A DNA stretch of 64,000 bases from Chlorokybus atmophyticus (lineage: Eukaryota; Plantae; Mesostigma and Chlorokybus algae): the NCBI GenBank assembly GCA_009103225.1, contig RHPI01000560.1, positions 169,465 through 233,464 of the forward strand, written 5' to 3'. This document shows positions 13,031-26,016 of this stretch, piece by piece. Position 1 is the stretch's first letter, and every line of letters starts with the position of its first letter. Both the position numbers and the translations under genes were made by a program. The notes under the pieces are model-generated. The model was not told where the DNA came from, did not search any database, and saw nothing but the letters and a program-made list of their open reading frames with translations.

Positions 13031-14590
13031 CCCGGACGACAGCGCGGAGGACACGGACAAGGCAGACTACACCGCCGCCCCTGCCGCCTCACGTGAGCGG
13101 CTGAAACAGTGAGTCAGTGAGTCAAGGATTCATGAATTCTTCATGCCCAATGAGTAAACACTCGCAACGTCGTGAATCATCTGACCCCAGCGATTGAAAT
13201 TGTTGGCATCGAGTCAACAGCGGGGGACTTTTGACTGGTCTGCCGTGCCATCGTGGCACAACTGCCACGGTGGCATGTCGCGGTGCAGAGAGATCCATCA
13301 AACATGGACCGTGACATTTTGAATCTGGACTTCTGCTGGACCTGGTCCATTCCAGTCTCGGTTCATAATCTGCGGTTTGCATCAAATTAATGGAGCCTTG
13401 ACATGCACAAGATGACAAGTCCTTTGATTATACCGGTATCATACGATGACTTACGAGTACCAATTGTTGCATGGCCGCCTATAAATTCGTTGACATAAAC
13501 GCTTTCTACCTGATGTAACAGCGATTGAATTTAAAACTATTTTACAATTTCCCCATTAATTTACTATTTTTTTACCAACACGATCACATCGACATTAACG
13601 TAAACATAACGTCATTTATATATTACGATTACGAGGTACATAATGCATACTGTATACAATATAAAATAAATGACATATCCCCTATTGTATATGACACTGG
13701 GTATTTGTTCGATCATGTTTTTTAATTATTGTTTTATGTAATTGTTATTGATACACAAGTCATCTGCAGGTTAGCGAAGGCACCGTAGCCGCCCCAAACT
13801 TGCTCAACATTCTACACATGGTTGAAAGTTTGCAACTTCAACCAGATGACATCATGTACCATGTATCTATGATAGTGCAAACTTCAATTTGTAAAGAGTC
13901 TAACAGCACGGTTAACTCCTTCACATGTTGTAGCATAGATACTAAAAGGCCAAGCACACATACTAGCAGGACAGCAAGCCTTCGCAAGCCTGGCGCTGCG
14001 TAACATTGACTACAACAATCACAGCAGGCTGTTAAACGGCGAATGTCAACATACTGCGGCGCTCCTATGGCTTCGCAACGATCAAGGCCAACTTCTCGTC
14101 AACCCTCCTACTACAAAGATGGACGTGCACATAGCGACTATTGTTGGTTTAAAGCGATCTTTATATGTGTCCTTCTCCAAAACTTACATATCAAACATAA
14201 TCAATTACACTAATTTCAACAAATTGCAATCTGTTGCCTTTTTTATGTGATGCATCTTCGACTACTCCTACACAATGTGTCAAACATGTTGATGTCAAAG
14301 TATACGTATTTAGGCTGGTTTTTAAACATGATATACAAATTCTTTCCAAAAAAAGCGAGTTTTATAATCAAAATCCATTTTCCTAACTTGATTGCTTGAA
14401 GTAATAAGTCACAAGCAACTTTAAACATAATGCACAAACATATTAGCTTTGCTATGATGGATATCTCTAAACCGGTAATATGAGTTATATTACGGGCATA
14501 TTCAAGCAATTTAATAAATCGATGTTTGTCATAGCAAGTTGCGGTTTACGCATGTCATAACTCGGATACCACAGACTGTCAAGTGAATCA

Positions 14591-14986
14591 TTGCGGCGGC
14601 CGATTGGGGTGTTAACATGATGTTAAGCTAACAACTAATGGACTCGCAATGATTGAACACACAATACAGTTATTTTGCGTGACCTTACACTTGCCAAATG
14701 CTTGTGTTGCGGCTCAACGCTTGTGTTGCGGCGGCCGATTGGGGTGTTAACATGATGTTAAGCTAACAACTAATGGACTCGCAATGATTGAACACACAAT
14801 ACAGTTATTTTGCGTGACCTTACACTTGCCAAACGCTTGTGTTGCGGCTCAACGCTTGTGTTGCGGCGGCCGATTGGGGTGTTAACATGATGTTAAGCTA
14901 ACAACTAATGGACTCGCAATGCTTGAACACACAATACAGTTATTTTGCGTGACCTTACACTTGCCAAACGCTTGTGTTGCGGCTCA
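14591..14986. repeat. Tandem repeat, 135-bp unit x ~3
   Basis: tgcggcggccgattggggtgttaacatg... recurs at 14592, 14727 and 14862 (exact 135-bp spacing) in near-identical copies. Confidence 0.95.
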
Positions 14987-16063
14987 GTCCTAACCCTTTG
15001 CAGCAAATGCGTGTAGATTACGATGTTGAGCATATATATAAGGAACGCTCTACACATATGTCATATTCATGTGTCGGCGCAAGGTTATGTTTGTTGCTTA
15101 CTTTGATTGTAAGAATATGGCTGGTATGTGTCATTGTTAATGAAACCTTTCTTTTTAACTTATTAAGTTGTTAACGATAGGTGATTATATTTTTTTAGCA
15201 GATTGTGTGGTGCTTACCGATCAAAGCGAAGCACATGATCCCACCATGACTTTCATTCATTGTGTATTATTGCATGTCATGTACGTAATTAAGAATTATG
15301 TATCAATTGCATGTGGCCCCTTCCATAGCAACGACTTTTGCTGCCATAGCCTGGGGCGTTATGTCCCCGACGTTACATTGCACCGTGCAAGTTGCATACA
15401 TGAGAGATAGCACACAGACGCTCGATATCAAAGGCCATGTGAACCTGAAGTGAGAATGGAATTTGTCACAAAAAGTGTCAACTTTCAAGAGATGAGTCAA
15501 GTTGGCATTGCGGAAAATATGTGCTCGGCATTGCCACTGCAGTGTTTCCAAGACCTGGTTGTCAGCATATGACAGCGATTAGTAGCTTCAAGTCAAGGGT
15601 GACAGTATGTTCAAAATGACACAGCAATAGCTTTAAGCTGGATGTGCTGTGCTCAATAAGTGAATAAGTGAACATGCGTGTGTTATATATTAATTGAGAT
15701 CAGTGCCAACAGATTATCGCACAATCGTATGGGCGTGACAAGACCAAAGTGGCATTGACATTCTATGTGCACGTGCTTGGTGAGGAGCAAGTGTAACAGA
15801 TGCTGAGTCACCTCAAGTGGGATTACTAACTTAGTAAGATGCTGTGTCTAACTTGCGGGATGCTTTGCAAGTAGCTGATCATGACACAAAGGCTGTTCTG
15901 CAGGGTGAGAGGCTTTCATCCCTTGCAAAATGTTGTGTACAGAATATGAATGCGGTTTACAGTCTCATCCCAATAGTTACAGTCCGATAATTACAGTCTC
16001 TTCCCAATAACAGCATATAGTTGATCATATGATGTCTTATGCTCTTATGAAGTTGTATGTTTA

Positions 16064-16094
16064 GCGTTTAAGAGCATATTATGCTCTTAAACGC
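16064..16094. other. Perfect 15-bp inverted repeat (hairpin/cruciform) in an AT-rich island
   Basis: GCGTTTAAGAGCATA-T-TATGCTCTTAAACGC. Confidence 0.9.
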
Positions 16095-18249
16095 CAAAAG
16101 CCTTTCGCGCATATTTATGCGGCATGATTATGCTAGTGATGCGATTATACCGATTACATCACGCGCATCAAGCCACTCGCATGACATCATCACATCTGTC
16201 ACACTTGTTACGCTTGGCACCCTGCCCATCCGGCCTTGTTCATCACGCTTATGCCCCACCCCTTGCGCGCTACTCGCCCAACGATGGAATATCACTCACC
16301 CAAACTGCGAGAATTATATGGAAGGAAATGCTCTTTTTAATTAAAAATATTCTCTTAAGCAATGATAATTCTATAGAACGTTTGGTAATCTCATATTAGC
16401 GAGCTTATTCGCGAGTTAAAGCAAAGTCTTTTTTGATTAGCGGGGGTAGACTGTATAGGCATGCACGACGCAAACAGCAAACGGCACACCAACAATTAGG
16501 CAAGCATATGCTAGCATCATGTGAATACTAGCTAGTATACACACTGTTCATTCACACATGATGTACTACACTATTCTAGACCAGGTGTAACTGAATGGCT
16601 CCAAGTAAAGCATGCATACATGCGTACTAGTGGTTAAATTCTTCCCACACACTCCATGTGGCGTGTGCTTTCTCAAAGGAAGCAAATGCAATTGAAGGGT
16701 TGGGGCTGTGTGTATACATCACGTGTGCTTGGGACTGGAGCTGTGTGGAGCGATTGTCTTTTAACCATTGGCGCGGTGCTACCACTTCGCCTGCAAGGTG
16801 ATGCATTGCTGGTGCTGGTGCTGGGACTTCCATTATGTGCAGTGTATGTCACATACACTGCACATGACGGTTTATATATAAGTAATTATGTATTAGCTTG
16901 TTAAGCGGACCAGCAAATAGGTGAGTGCCAACGGTACAACACATATGTAGGCTTGCACCCGCATATACTCTGTAAGGAAAATGCAAGAGCCTTACGTGCG
17001 GCACGGCTGCACTCGTTAAACTTGCAGTAAGTTACTTGTTCAGGTGTTAATGGGTTATATTATCCCAACAAGTTGGATACATACCCGCATTCGTGTACAA
17101 GGTGCCTTTTCCATATACGTTAACGACATCAATGATTGACACATTCCAACCATGCTTTTCTTGAGATAAAAGCATCGACTTTAACATTACACATTTTCGA
17201 AGCGTGCATTGTGGGCCACACTCGTCAATACTGTGACTTTCCACAATCATCTGTGGCATATCGTAGTATCAAGCGCTAGCTTATTGCTAATACATATGTA
17301 CAGCTAATGGCAAGCAATTACATATATACGGCTATTGGCAAGATGTGTCACACATTCGCTTGGCGTATGCTCTCTGCATGGCTCTACGTTTTATGTACAG
17401 GGCACCTCTTGCCACCAAGCTTCCTGCTGCAGTGCCCACAACAGCTCCTGTGGTTAAACCGCCGCCGACTGCCGCAACCCCAACCGCAACCCCTAGCGCA
17501 GCAGCGGCTGCTCGTTTCTTCCAACGCCTTCTGCGCGGGGCACGATATCCATCACCTGTTGTTGCATGCACACAGATTGTTAAGCTTTGTTGTCACACGC
17601 GCTAATCGCAGCCAACAATCGCGAAGCGCATTGTGTGCCAATCACCTGGTGTATAAAGAAGAGGAGCCTCGGACGGTCCTGCCATGTCTTGCGCTTGCAA
17701 CAACAACTGCAAGTCTAACTTACTCATATCAATGTTCTGCAAGCAACGTTGGGTTCAAAACGCACGCCCATCAGCCGTGTTGCAACTACAATTGAAGTGT
17801 GAGTCGCTGAGGACCAGTGCAATGCGCACCTCATGAAACTCTTTAAACTCCTGGTCAATATTGCTAAAGGCATTATAGACCACCGGCATGCATCCCGGGC
17901 CCGTCAGGCAGCACTTGCCTACAAGTAGTTGTGCATTGTTCAAGACATGCCTCAGCAGCTTTGGAGCCTGCAGCGGGTCATTCGATTGATTCCACTGGGG
18001 CCGCGTGCCCTCCAGCTGTTTAAGCACGCTTTTCAGGAGCGTGGTGCGCTCGGCCAGCTGCTGGCATTGCGTACTCCCCCGCTTCGCCTGCCATATGAAA
18101 GCGAACTAGTTTACAACCATCAGCTCGTGTGACAGCACTTGTGTGCTTGTGCTTGCTTGCTTGAGCTCGTGTGCGTGCGTGTGAAACCTGCCAACTGCAA
18201 CAGGTGGCTTACTGACCTTCGGCGCTGCTGTCACCAGGGTGCTTATCAA

Positions 18250-19773
18250 CGTCGCAAATTTTACACCCTGACTGACAAGGGACTGAAGGACTGTCGGGTG
18301 CCTGACGTAAACTGACCCTAACTGACCTATCGGATAGGTCCATGAAGGGACTTATGGGACGGCCGTTGCTACTAAGCAACATTCAATGACGGCCAGCCGC
18401 CGGCGATAATTACTTATGACGGTGGCCTGCCTGCAGTGGCAAGCACGTGACTATACCACGTGTTTACTGTGACGGCCGACCGCCAGTCGTCTATTATGCG
18501 CGGCGGCAGCCTACCTGTTGCTTATTAATGATGATAAGCAAGTGACCGGCCGTCCCTCGCCGCGTGTTTAATGTGACGGTCGACCGCCGGTCGTCCACTT
18601 AGCGCGGCGATGACCTGCCTGTTGCTTATCAATCATGATAAGCAAGTGACTGGCCGTCCCGGCTCGGCGGCGAGCAATGCCGGTATTACCTTTAAATCGG
18701 ACGGTGACACAATGCGATTGGCGTACTGTAATGGTACGACGCTCGAATGTACCATTCAAATGTGACCATAATAGTAAGATAGTTCCATTTTCTGACACAA
18801 TGGCATCGGCGTACCATTCTAATGGTACGCCGGTGCCATCGTATCAACTCGTTTGAATCACTTGGGCTGCCCCAAGTGATTCAAAAGCTCAACGGCTTCA
18901 AGTGGAGACTGTTCAACCAGTTGCTGGGCGGCGGCGGCGGCGGCGGTGGCAATGGCCAATAGTAAGCTTGTTTGCTATATGCTGTGACGCTTGGTATGGG
19001 CAGTGGCGCAACCTAACCGCCCTTCCTTGTTGCCTCAGGGCGGTCAGCCCAGGCCAGGCCAGGCCAGGCCAAGCGCGGCGGCGGCGGCGGCGGCGGTACA
19101 TGGTAAGGGGCAGCATCTGAGTGCATATGTTGTATATGTTGCTGTTGATGGCATTTGTTTGATTCAACAGCTTGCATGCTTTCCAGGAGCGGCGGCGGAG
19201 GTGGAGCGCGGTGCAGTGAGCGCAGGAGCGGCGACTTAGTCTACTAGTTTAAGGCCTTAGTATACTAGAGTGGTAGTAGCAGCTCAGTAGTGTACAATGT
19301 GGCATAGTGGTATGACTTGCAATGTCTTTTCTTTATCACTTTCTTATTTATCTTTTTCTAAAACGCCGTCTTTCACAATTGATGCGAGGTATTCAATGAT
19401 GACTACACAGCAATGACAGGTACCTGTAGCGGTACCCTTCTGTAACGGCAAGTACCTTGAAGGTACTATAAGGTACCTGTCAATTACACTTACTTAGTGT
19501 ACAGTCACCGGTACCTAACTGATAGGTACCGGTTGATTACCTACTAGTTAAGTTAAGTCCCTTTTACCTGACTGATGGGTACCTTACAGGTACCTGTCAG
19601 TCTAGGTCAGTTCCTTTATTAAGGCGGCCGCCGACTGATGATGACGGCCGTTATACTCAGGTCTCTGTATCGAGATTACAGGTGGACTGAGGTACGACAG
19701 TCTAAATGAGTATCCTCAGGTGCACGGCCGTTGCCAATATTTAATCGGCCGGCAGGAGAAACATTTTGCGACG
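18250..19773. mobile_element. Non-autonomous TIR DNA transposon (~1.52 kb), copy 1, 2-bp TSD (AA)
   Basis: Ends CGTCGCAAA...TTTGCGACG, flanked by aa/aa. Collinear with 60336-61923. Internal perfect hairpin TTTGAATCACTTGGG-CTGC-CCCAAGTGATTCAAA (18852-18885) and repeated gacggcc/ggtacc motifs. Confidence 0.85.
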
Positions 19774-21682
19774 AAAGTCAACACCATGGTAGCTACACTA
19801 GAGATGTTGGCGGACAAGCTGAGAATGGCGGCAACCATCTCTGCCCTCTCTTGAACTCAAATGTTTCTCTCAGGTAGCGCGCTTCGCCTGCTACCAAACC
19901 TGCACACATGAGCACATGAATGCCACACGCCAATAGCAAGTTTGAGCGCATAAGCCAGCCAGCCAGCAAGGGGTAAGAGGCAACAGTCATACTGCTGGTA
20001 TTAACACACGTGCATGCGGCTTCTTTTTCTATCAACATGATATTAGCAGCCGTTGGCAGCATAGTTTGTCATACAGCAAAGCACATAGCTATCTCTAGTG
20101 ATAAGAGTTAAAACTAGGGTTATACTAGGAGCTTCAGCATTGCGGTTAAGGTAATCCTTTCGTATGCCAGCAGCTTGACAAGACAATTGTGTGCACACTT
20201 CATACACAGCACGAGCCTTGGCACACAAGCAAAGCAGCCCCGTGACACTCCGTAAATTCCCAAGCCTAAGACATCATCTCCCTCTTTCTGTCACCATTTA
20301 GAGCCACACAGCCATTGGCGGCAAGCTGCAATGGCAACAACCGCGCTGACACCGCTATAGCATTGTCACAGGGGCGATCTTAGGCCAGGAAAGCGCAAGA
20401 CAAACGTGTAGTGGTAGCTGTGCTTCATGCAGGGGCATTAGCTAGGGCTACAACGACACCACCGCCTCCATCTCCGCCGCTGCCGCTAACGCCACCACCG
20501 CCTGTTGGACACTTTCCTACAACAACAAGCACACAGAGTTGCGTTGCGGCACAGTCGCGGTAGCGGGATACGCAGCAAAAGTGGTAGCTGAAATGAGCTA
20601 GTAAGCCAACTGTTGTTCGCTTGCCATGTCAGCACATTGACGCATGCCAGTCAAGCTCAATGTGCTGGCATGGCGGTGCTTGCCAAGCACTGAAGGTTCC
20701 CAGTGTTCCCCAGAGCGCTTTCGTCCGCCATTGAGAGCGCTCGCCCAGTCTAGCACGTGGGCCGCCTGTGACGCTCCTCCATGCAAGATGCGGCGCAGCC
20801 ATGATTGGCGTCACGAAGATGCCTTATGGCAGTCCAGCCTTGGTATATGAGCCACGTTCAACAATCAGACGAATGATAATACAATTTGGGCCACCAAACG
20901 CTCTCATCTCAAGGTGCCCTCGGTAGGAGGAGCACCTTGAATGAGGTTGTAGTAAGGTCCTTAATACAAGTAGTCTACATGAAGGGTTAAGTTATTAAGT
21001 TACAAAGTCTTTCCAACATGATGGTGAACTTGTTCACAATAGGACTTGGTCACTTAGGTTGGATTTCTTGCTTCATGCATGTTGTTAATGGATTGGGAGC
21101 TAGCTTGTATGTTGTGTTTAAAGGTTTGCATTCCTTAATATCTTCATGTCACGTTCAATCATACATGTTATAAGCTTACTACATGCAATCAAGTCATGTG
21201 ACCATAATGAGTTTATATGGTCTCAAACACAAGTGGTGTTATTTCACATGTTTTCGACCAATTATCATTATTGGCAATTGTAAAAATGGATCGTATTATT
21301 GCTACTGACGGATGACTTGTTAACAACAGCTCATGCCGAAACTTGACTTTGTCCATCCATAAGTATCATTGTTTCAGTGCATGCAAGGTAAGGGATGGGC
21401 AGAAGGAATGCGGCACTGCAAGCACTGGTAGCTCTGCTTTTCGTTGCCGCCGCTAATTTGCCCAATAGGATCGTAGTCAATTATACATCAGTGCATCACG
21501 GTACTAACAACGTCTAGTTGGACACAAAACGGCCATTTTCATCAATCACATTTGTAACTTTGGATGGTTGTGTGCTATATATGAGACATGTGTGGCTCCT
21601 CCTACGGGCCGAGCAGCTTGCTGAAGTTTGAGCAGAGCGCCGCAAGTACTAAGCTTGTCCGGTGGGCAACATGTTTACGCGC

Positions 21683-22048
21683 TCATGTTGACATCACGGA
21701 CGGTTGGGGAAGGTTTTTCAGCGCCTGATGCGTTTGTGTGTGAGACGCATGAAGGCTGCGCAGCGTGTTGAGCAGGATAGGGTGGAGGGCTTCTTGCAGC
21801 TGGCCTGATAGCGTATGACGTGCGTGCTGCGGCGAGCACGGGGGTTGACCATTATAGAGTCCAAGGCTGCGGCTGTGGTGGCCATGCCAGTTTGGGCACC
21901 AGTATGTCTTGACGGGTATACCGGCTGGCCCACCGACAATTGAAACGGACACGGCGCTGGCGACGGGGTGAAGCTCGTAGGACAGTCGCTGCTCGTGTGT
22001 ATCTCGACGTATGTGTGCGCATGTTGCATGAGTTAGCGAGCTGGACAT
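21683..22048 (-). pseudogene. Possible degraded non-LTR retrotransposon (LINE) 3' ORF fragment
   Basis: Isolated ORF fragment (...SLGLYNG...LQEALHPILLNTLRSLH...) loosely resembling the C-terminal tail of algal LINE ORF2. No catalytic motif seen. Confidence 0.2.
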
Positions 22049-23049
22049 GCGGTAGCGACTCTTATGCTTTGATATATATATTTATATGCGAGTCTCTTGG
22101 ACACATGGAGGAGAGTGTTTGCTACGCGAGCGATTGGCAGGTTGCGGGCAGGTAGCGGTGAATCCGATACGTGACGTGGCTTCAACCCATGCGTAATGTC
22201 GGGAGGAATGTAACATAAAAGGGTATGGGACATGCGGCTCCGCCTATGGCAGCGCCTTTTACTGTTGTAGCCATAGTGGTCAAGGCGCAAGCATGTCACA
22301 CTATGGCAAGAAGGACTCCAAACTCAAAATCCGCGTGAAGATGTTAATGGAACCATGCTAGTGTAGCAACTGTAACCAATCAGGGCCAAGGTTGACATCC
22401 CCTAGCCGCATCATGGGTAGTGACCACAATGTGATCATGATGATCTACAACCATGCTTGCAGCTAAAGTTAACCATGGACTTGAAGAGTTATTCTCGCGT
22501 TCCCTCACGTGCAACTTTGTGTTTCTTGGTGTGCACGCACAACGTCATCGACATGCAGAGTAGAGAAAACTTTCAATGCAATTGCAGCGGAAGCAGTCTT
22601 GATAGCGCGGCAAAGAACGCTGATGGGCAGGAGGAGAGGAGAGCGCAAGATGAAGAGGATGAGCGGGAACATCACCTCCGCTGTGGCAGAGCGTAGGCGA
22701 GGCTAGGGCCCCGCTGCTAATCTTGCATACCAACCAACTTCTTGGGATGTGCATGTTCCCTAGACATGTCAAAATTGCTAATCGTCTATATCGTCTCAAA
22801 ACCAAGAGTACACAACTGAGAATGTGCCATACCCTTGTCTGGTGCACACATCTCTTTTTTAGTTTAGTGAGACCCGCCAGGCAGTGTATTACAATTTGCA
22901 CAACTTTGACTATACTTGTGGTGGAAGCAGGCCACAAGTTATCACTCACTTGACTTCTCAATTACTCCGGCTGCGGCCTCCCTTCACCTGTCTCACAACA
23001 GCCAATTAGCAAGGAACATGACCCAGCGAATGCTACCATAACCACGACA

Positions 23050-24470
23050 TCAAGCGTCTATTGTACACAATGAACCTTTTGCCTTGCGGACGTATGGTTG
23101 CAGTGCAGCACGCTGCTCTGGTGGGTGCTCCTTCCGTTTCAGCACTGGTGGCACAAACACTTGCGACGACGATGGCTGGAGCCGAGGCTGCCCAAGCGGC
23201 TGCGCATTCGCACCTGAAGAAAGCTTCACACGGCCATGCATTGAACCGGTTGCGGTGGCAGCCGCCTTCATGGATGATGACCCTGGTAGCGAGTCACTGC
23301 TGAGGAAGCTGCGCCTTGTCTCAAGCCGCGAACCTGACTGCCACACTTGCCCAAAGTTGGGCAACCACTTCTCGCCCGTTTCCTGTTGAAACCAAACAGA
23401 GCTGTCACAATTCATGCGCATGGCCAATGCAGCAGAAGTTGTCGAGTGACAACACAAGTGCTAATGTACCGCTTGCATGCCAGCCAGGCGGCGATCAGCC
23501 CACTCGGCGCCGACTCGTTTTGGGTTGCGCAGGCGTGCTTGACGCTTGGATTGCGTGTGGGACAGCCTGTTGATGCCAGCGCCTGTACCGGCTGCAGCGG
23601 TTTGCTGCTCACCCGCTGCAAGCCACGGGGCAGGAGCGCCCGTGTGAATGTTGCCTTCTCCTGGCAACCGCGAGAGCCGCGGGATTGCTACAAAACCTGT
23701 GGCACGTAGACAACCTGGTATTTAAACTGCTTATGTTGCACATGCAACAAAGAGTCAGTCGACAAACTCTACAACTTACTCTCGCCAGAAGGCAGCTGCA
23801 CGGTTGTATGCACTGCATATGAGGATGACGAAGCAGCTGCCTGCCGAAAATCAAGCAGTCAGCAACAACTGTCTGCTGCGTCAATAAAGAACTAAGTGAC
23901 ATGCATGTTGGCCTTTCCTCGATGCTGAGCTGCAAGGACTCTACAGTACAGGCAGGACGAAAGGCCATTAATGTGTGCGGACTGAAAGTGTTCTTACATC
24001 TACTGGCGTGTTTTCAAAGCCATGATGTTCGGCCATCTCCGCAGTATGTATAATCACGCTACCATGCAAGTAACCGATCACTCTGATATATATATATATA
24101 TANNNNNNNNNNNNNNNNNNNNNNNNNNNNNNNNNNNNNNNNNNNNNNNNNNNNNNNNNNNNNNNNNNNNNNNNNNNNNNNNNNNNNNNNNNNNNNNNNN
24201 NNNNNNNNNNNNNNNNNNNNNNNNNNNNNNNNNNNNNNNNNNNNNNNNNNNNNNNNNNNNNNNNNNNNNNNNNNNNNNNNNNNNNNNNNNNNNNNNNNNN
24301 NNNNNNNNNNNNNNNNNNNNNNNNNNNNNNNNNNNNNNNNNNNNNNNNNNNNNNNNNNNNNNNNNNNNNNNNNNNNNNNNNNNNNNNNNNNNNNNNNNNN
24401 NNNNNNNNNNNNNNNNNNNNNNNNNNNNNNNNNNNNNNNNNNNNNNNNNNNNNNNNNNNNNNNNNNNNNN

Positions 24471-24509
<39 letters not shown>

Positions 24510-25791
24510 GACATTGCCTCGCTGGTTGCTGCACACGCTCAAAACCTGTCGCGCGAGTTAAGAACAGAACAGACACTATTTGTCACGCAACAACAACATA
24601 CACCGTGTAGGCGAACCTGTTGGCTTCAACTGCGCAACGCCACTCAATTGTAATGCAGCAGCCGGATCTGCTGCAGCTGCCAAGTGCAAGCCTGAAGGCG
24701 TGGTATACTGTTCAAGGACTGACAACCCGGCAACACTGTGCACATTGCATGCTAAACCACCAACGGCTGCATCAATCTGTTGCTGTTGTGGGATATCTGT
24801 TGTAACCAATGCTTCTTTGCTTTCCATTGCTGAGCGCGCTTTCCTCTCCTCATGCCTCCGCTTCGCCTTCTGCCACTGCTTACATTCCCAAATCAACACC
24901 AACGCTTGAATGATGAACACTGCTTTGCGCACCTTTTCCAGATCGTCTTCAGTTAGTATGAAGTTGTCGCGCCTGTCAACACTTGCACCATTTGCGACCC
25001 AAAAAGACTTCACCCGTTTGCTGTGCGATTCTCCGGTGAGGTGCACGATAGCCTGCTCACTGCAGCGCAATGCAGCAAAATTACAGAAATACAGAATCGC
25101 TGTCTCTACCAGCACAAATTTAACGCACACTTCACACATACTGCTGAGTGTGAGAATGCGGAAGCTTGCAGGCTTGTAAGCGCATGCGAAGTGCACAAGC
25201 TGTGCAATGCAGCAACAATGCGTGGATAACACAATCACAGCCTTACCACGCCCAGGTGCTGTCCAGCTCCTGGATCTCCTCCTCGCAAAACGCACACCAG
25301 TATCTGCCACCATGCGCAGCAGTGTTGGTAAATCAGTCAACTTGAGCTGGGCTCATGTTTGCTAAACTTTCTCAACAGCTATGAAGAAATAGATTGTCAT
25401 CTTTTGCTGAATTACCAACAAACCTGGCTTGCTATTCTGGACGAAGGAAACACACCTGTTCGCCTCCCTCGTGCGCTGATCTATCAGTGGCTGCGGGTGT
25501 GCCAGCATCCACCGCACCTCTTTCAGCTTGGCCTCCGCCTTAGACAGAACCTCCTAAATAACCAGCAAACAAACTCAAGCACACAACCTCCATCTTATCG
25601 CTGTGACGCTATCCACATGTGGTTACAACATGCACCATCAATTGTCGACAGGCATGTTGGCAACTTAGGGCCCACACCTTGAGGCGGGCGACATGGCGCT
25701 GCGAGTAGACATGGCGCCGGCGCTGATTGTGGCTCAGCCTGCAGACGCCGCAGAACGCGTAGTCGTTGTGCTCCTTGCCCGCCTCAGGCAT
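23050..25791 (-). CDS. TTL: TITAN-like protein / CENATAC (CCDC84), minor-spliceosome-associated; multi-exon, spans an N gap
   Basis: AFCGVCRLSHNQRRRHVYSQRH; AIVHLTGESHSKRVKSFW...FILTEDDLEK; GNIHTGAPAPWL; NPKRVGAEWADRR; WLPNFGQVWQSGSRLETRRSF. All match the plant TTL/CCDC84 motif series in order. Confidence 0.9.
24088..24506. repeat. (TA)n microsatellite flanking an assembly gap (intronic in TTL)
   Basis: TA runs on both sides of the N run 24103-24470. Confidence 0.9.
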
Positions 25792-26016
25792 GACCTGTTC
25801 CTCGTGCCCCCCTCCTCCGCAGCCCCAACACCAGCACCTGGTCCAAGCATTGCCCGCGACAGCAAGCGGGAGGGGACGTGCTGCGCAGGAGGAGATCCAC
25901 GACGGGCAGCGACGGTTAGAGCAACGACGACCAAGACGACGATGGCGTCAGCCACCACCCGCCGCCGCCGCCGCCGCCGCCGCAACAGCGACAACTTTAC
26001 TTCAGCTGACTTCTTA

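Noticed and set aside
14591-14986. CRISPR array
   Set aside because: Units are contiguous 135-bp copies with no unique spacers, there are no cas genes, and the context is eukaryotic.
17755-20230. Interrupted transposase ORF flanking the 18.25-kb element
   Set aside because: Short ORF pieces exist on both sides, but I recognised no catalytic or family motif.
20840-20860. PBS-like TGGTATATGAGCC suggesting a Copia element
   Set aside because: Mismatched to tRNA-iMet, and no paired LTRs or pol motifs were found nearby.
25693-26016. Upstream ATG (25693) as the MinC start
   Set aside because: It would overlap the first coding exon of TTL on the opposite strand; a downstream ATG (~26017 or later) is more plausible.
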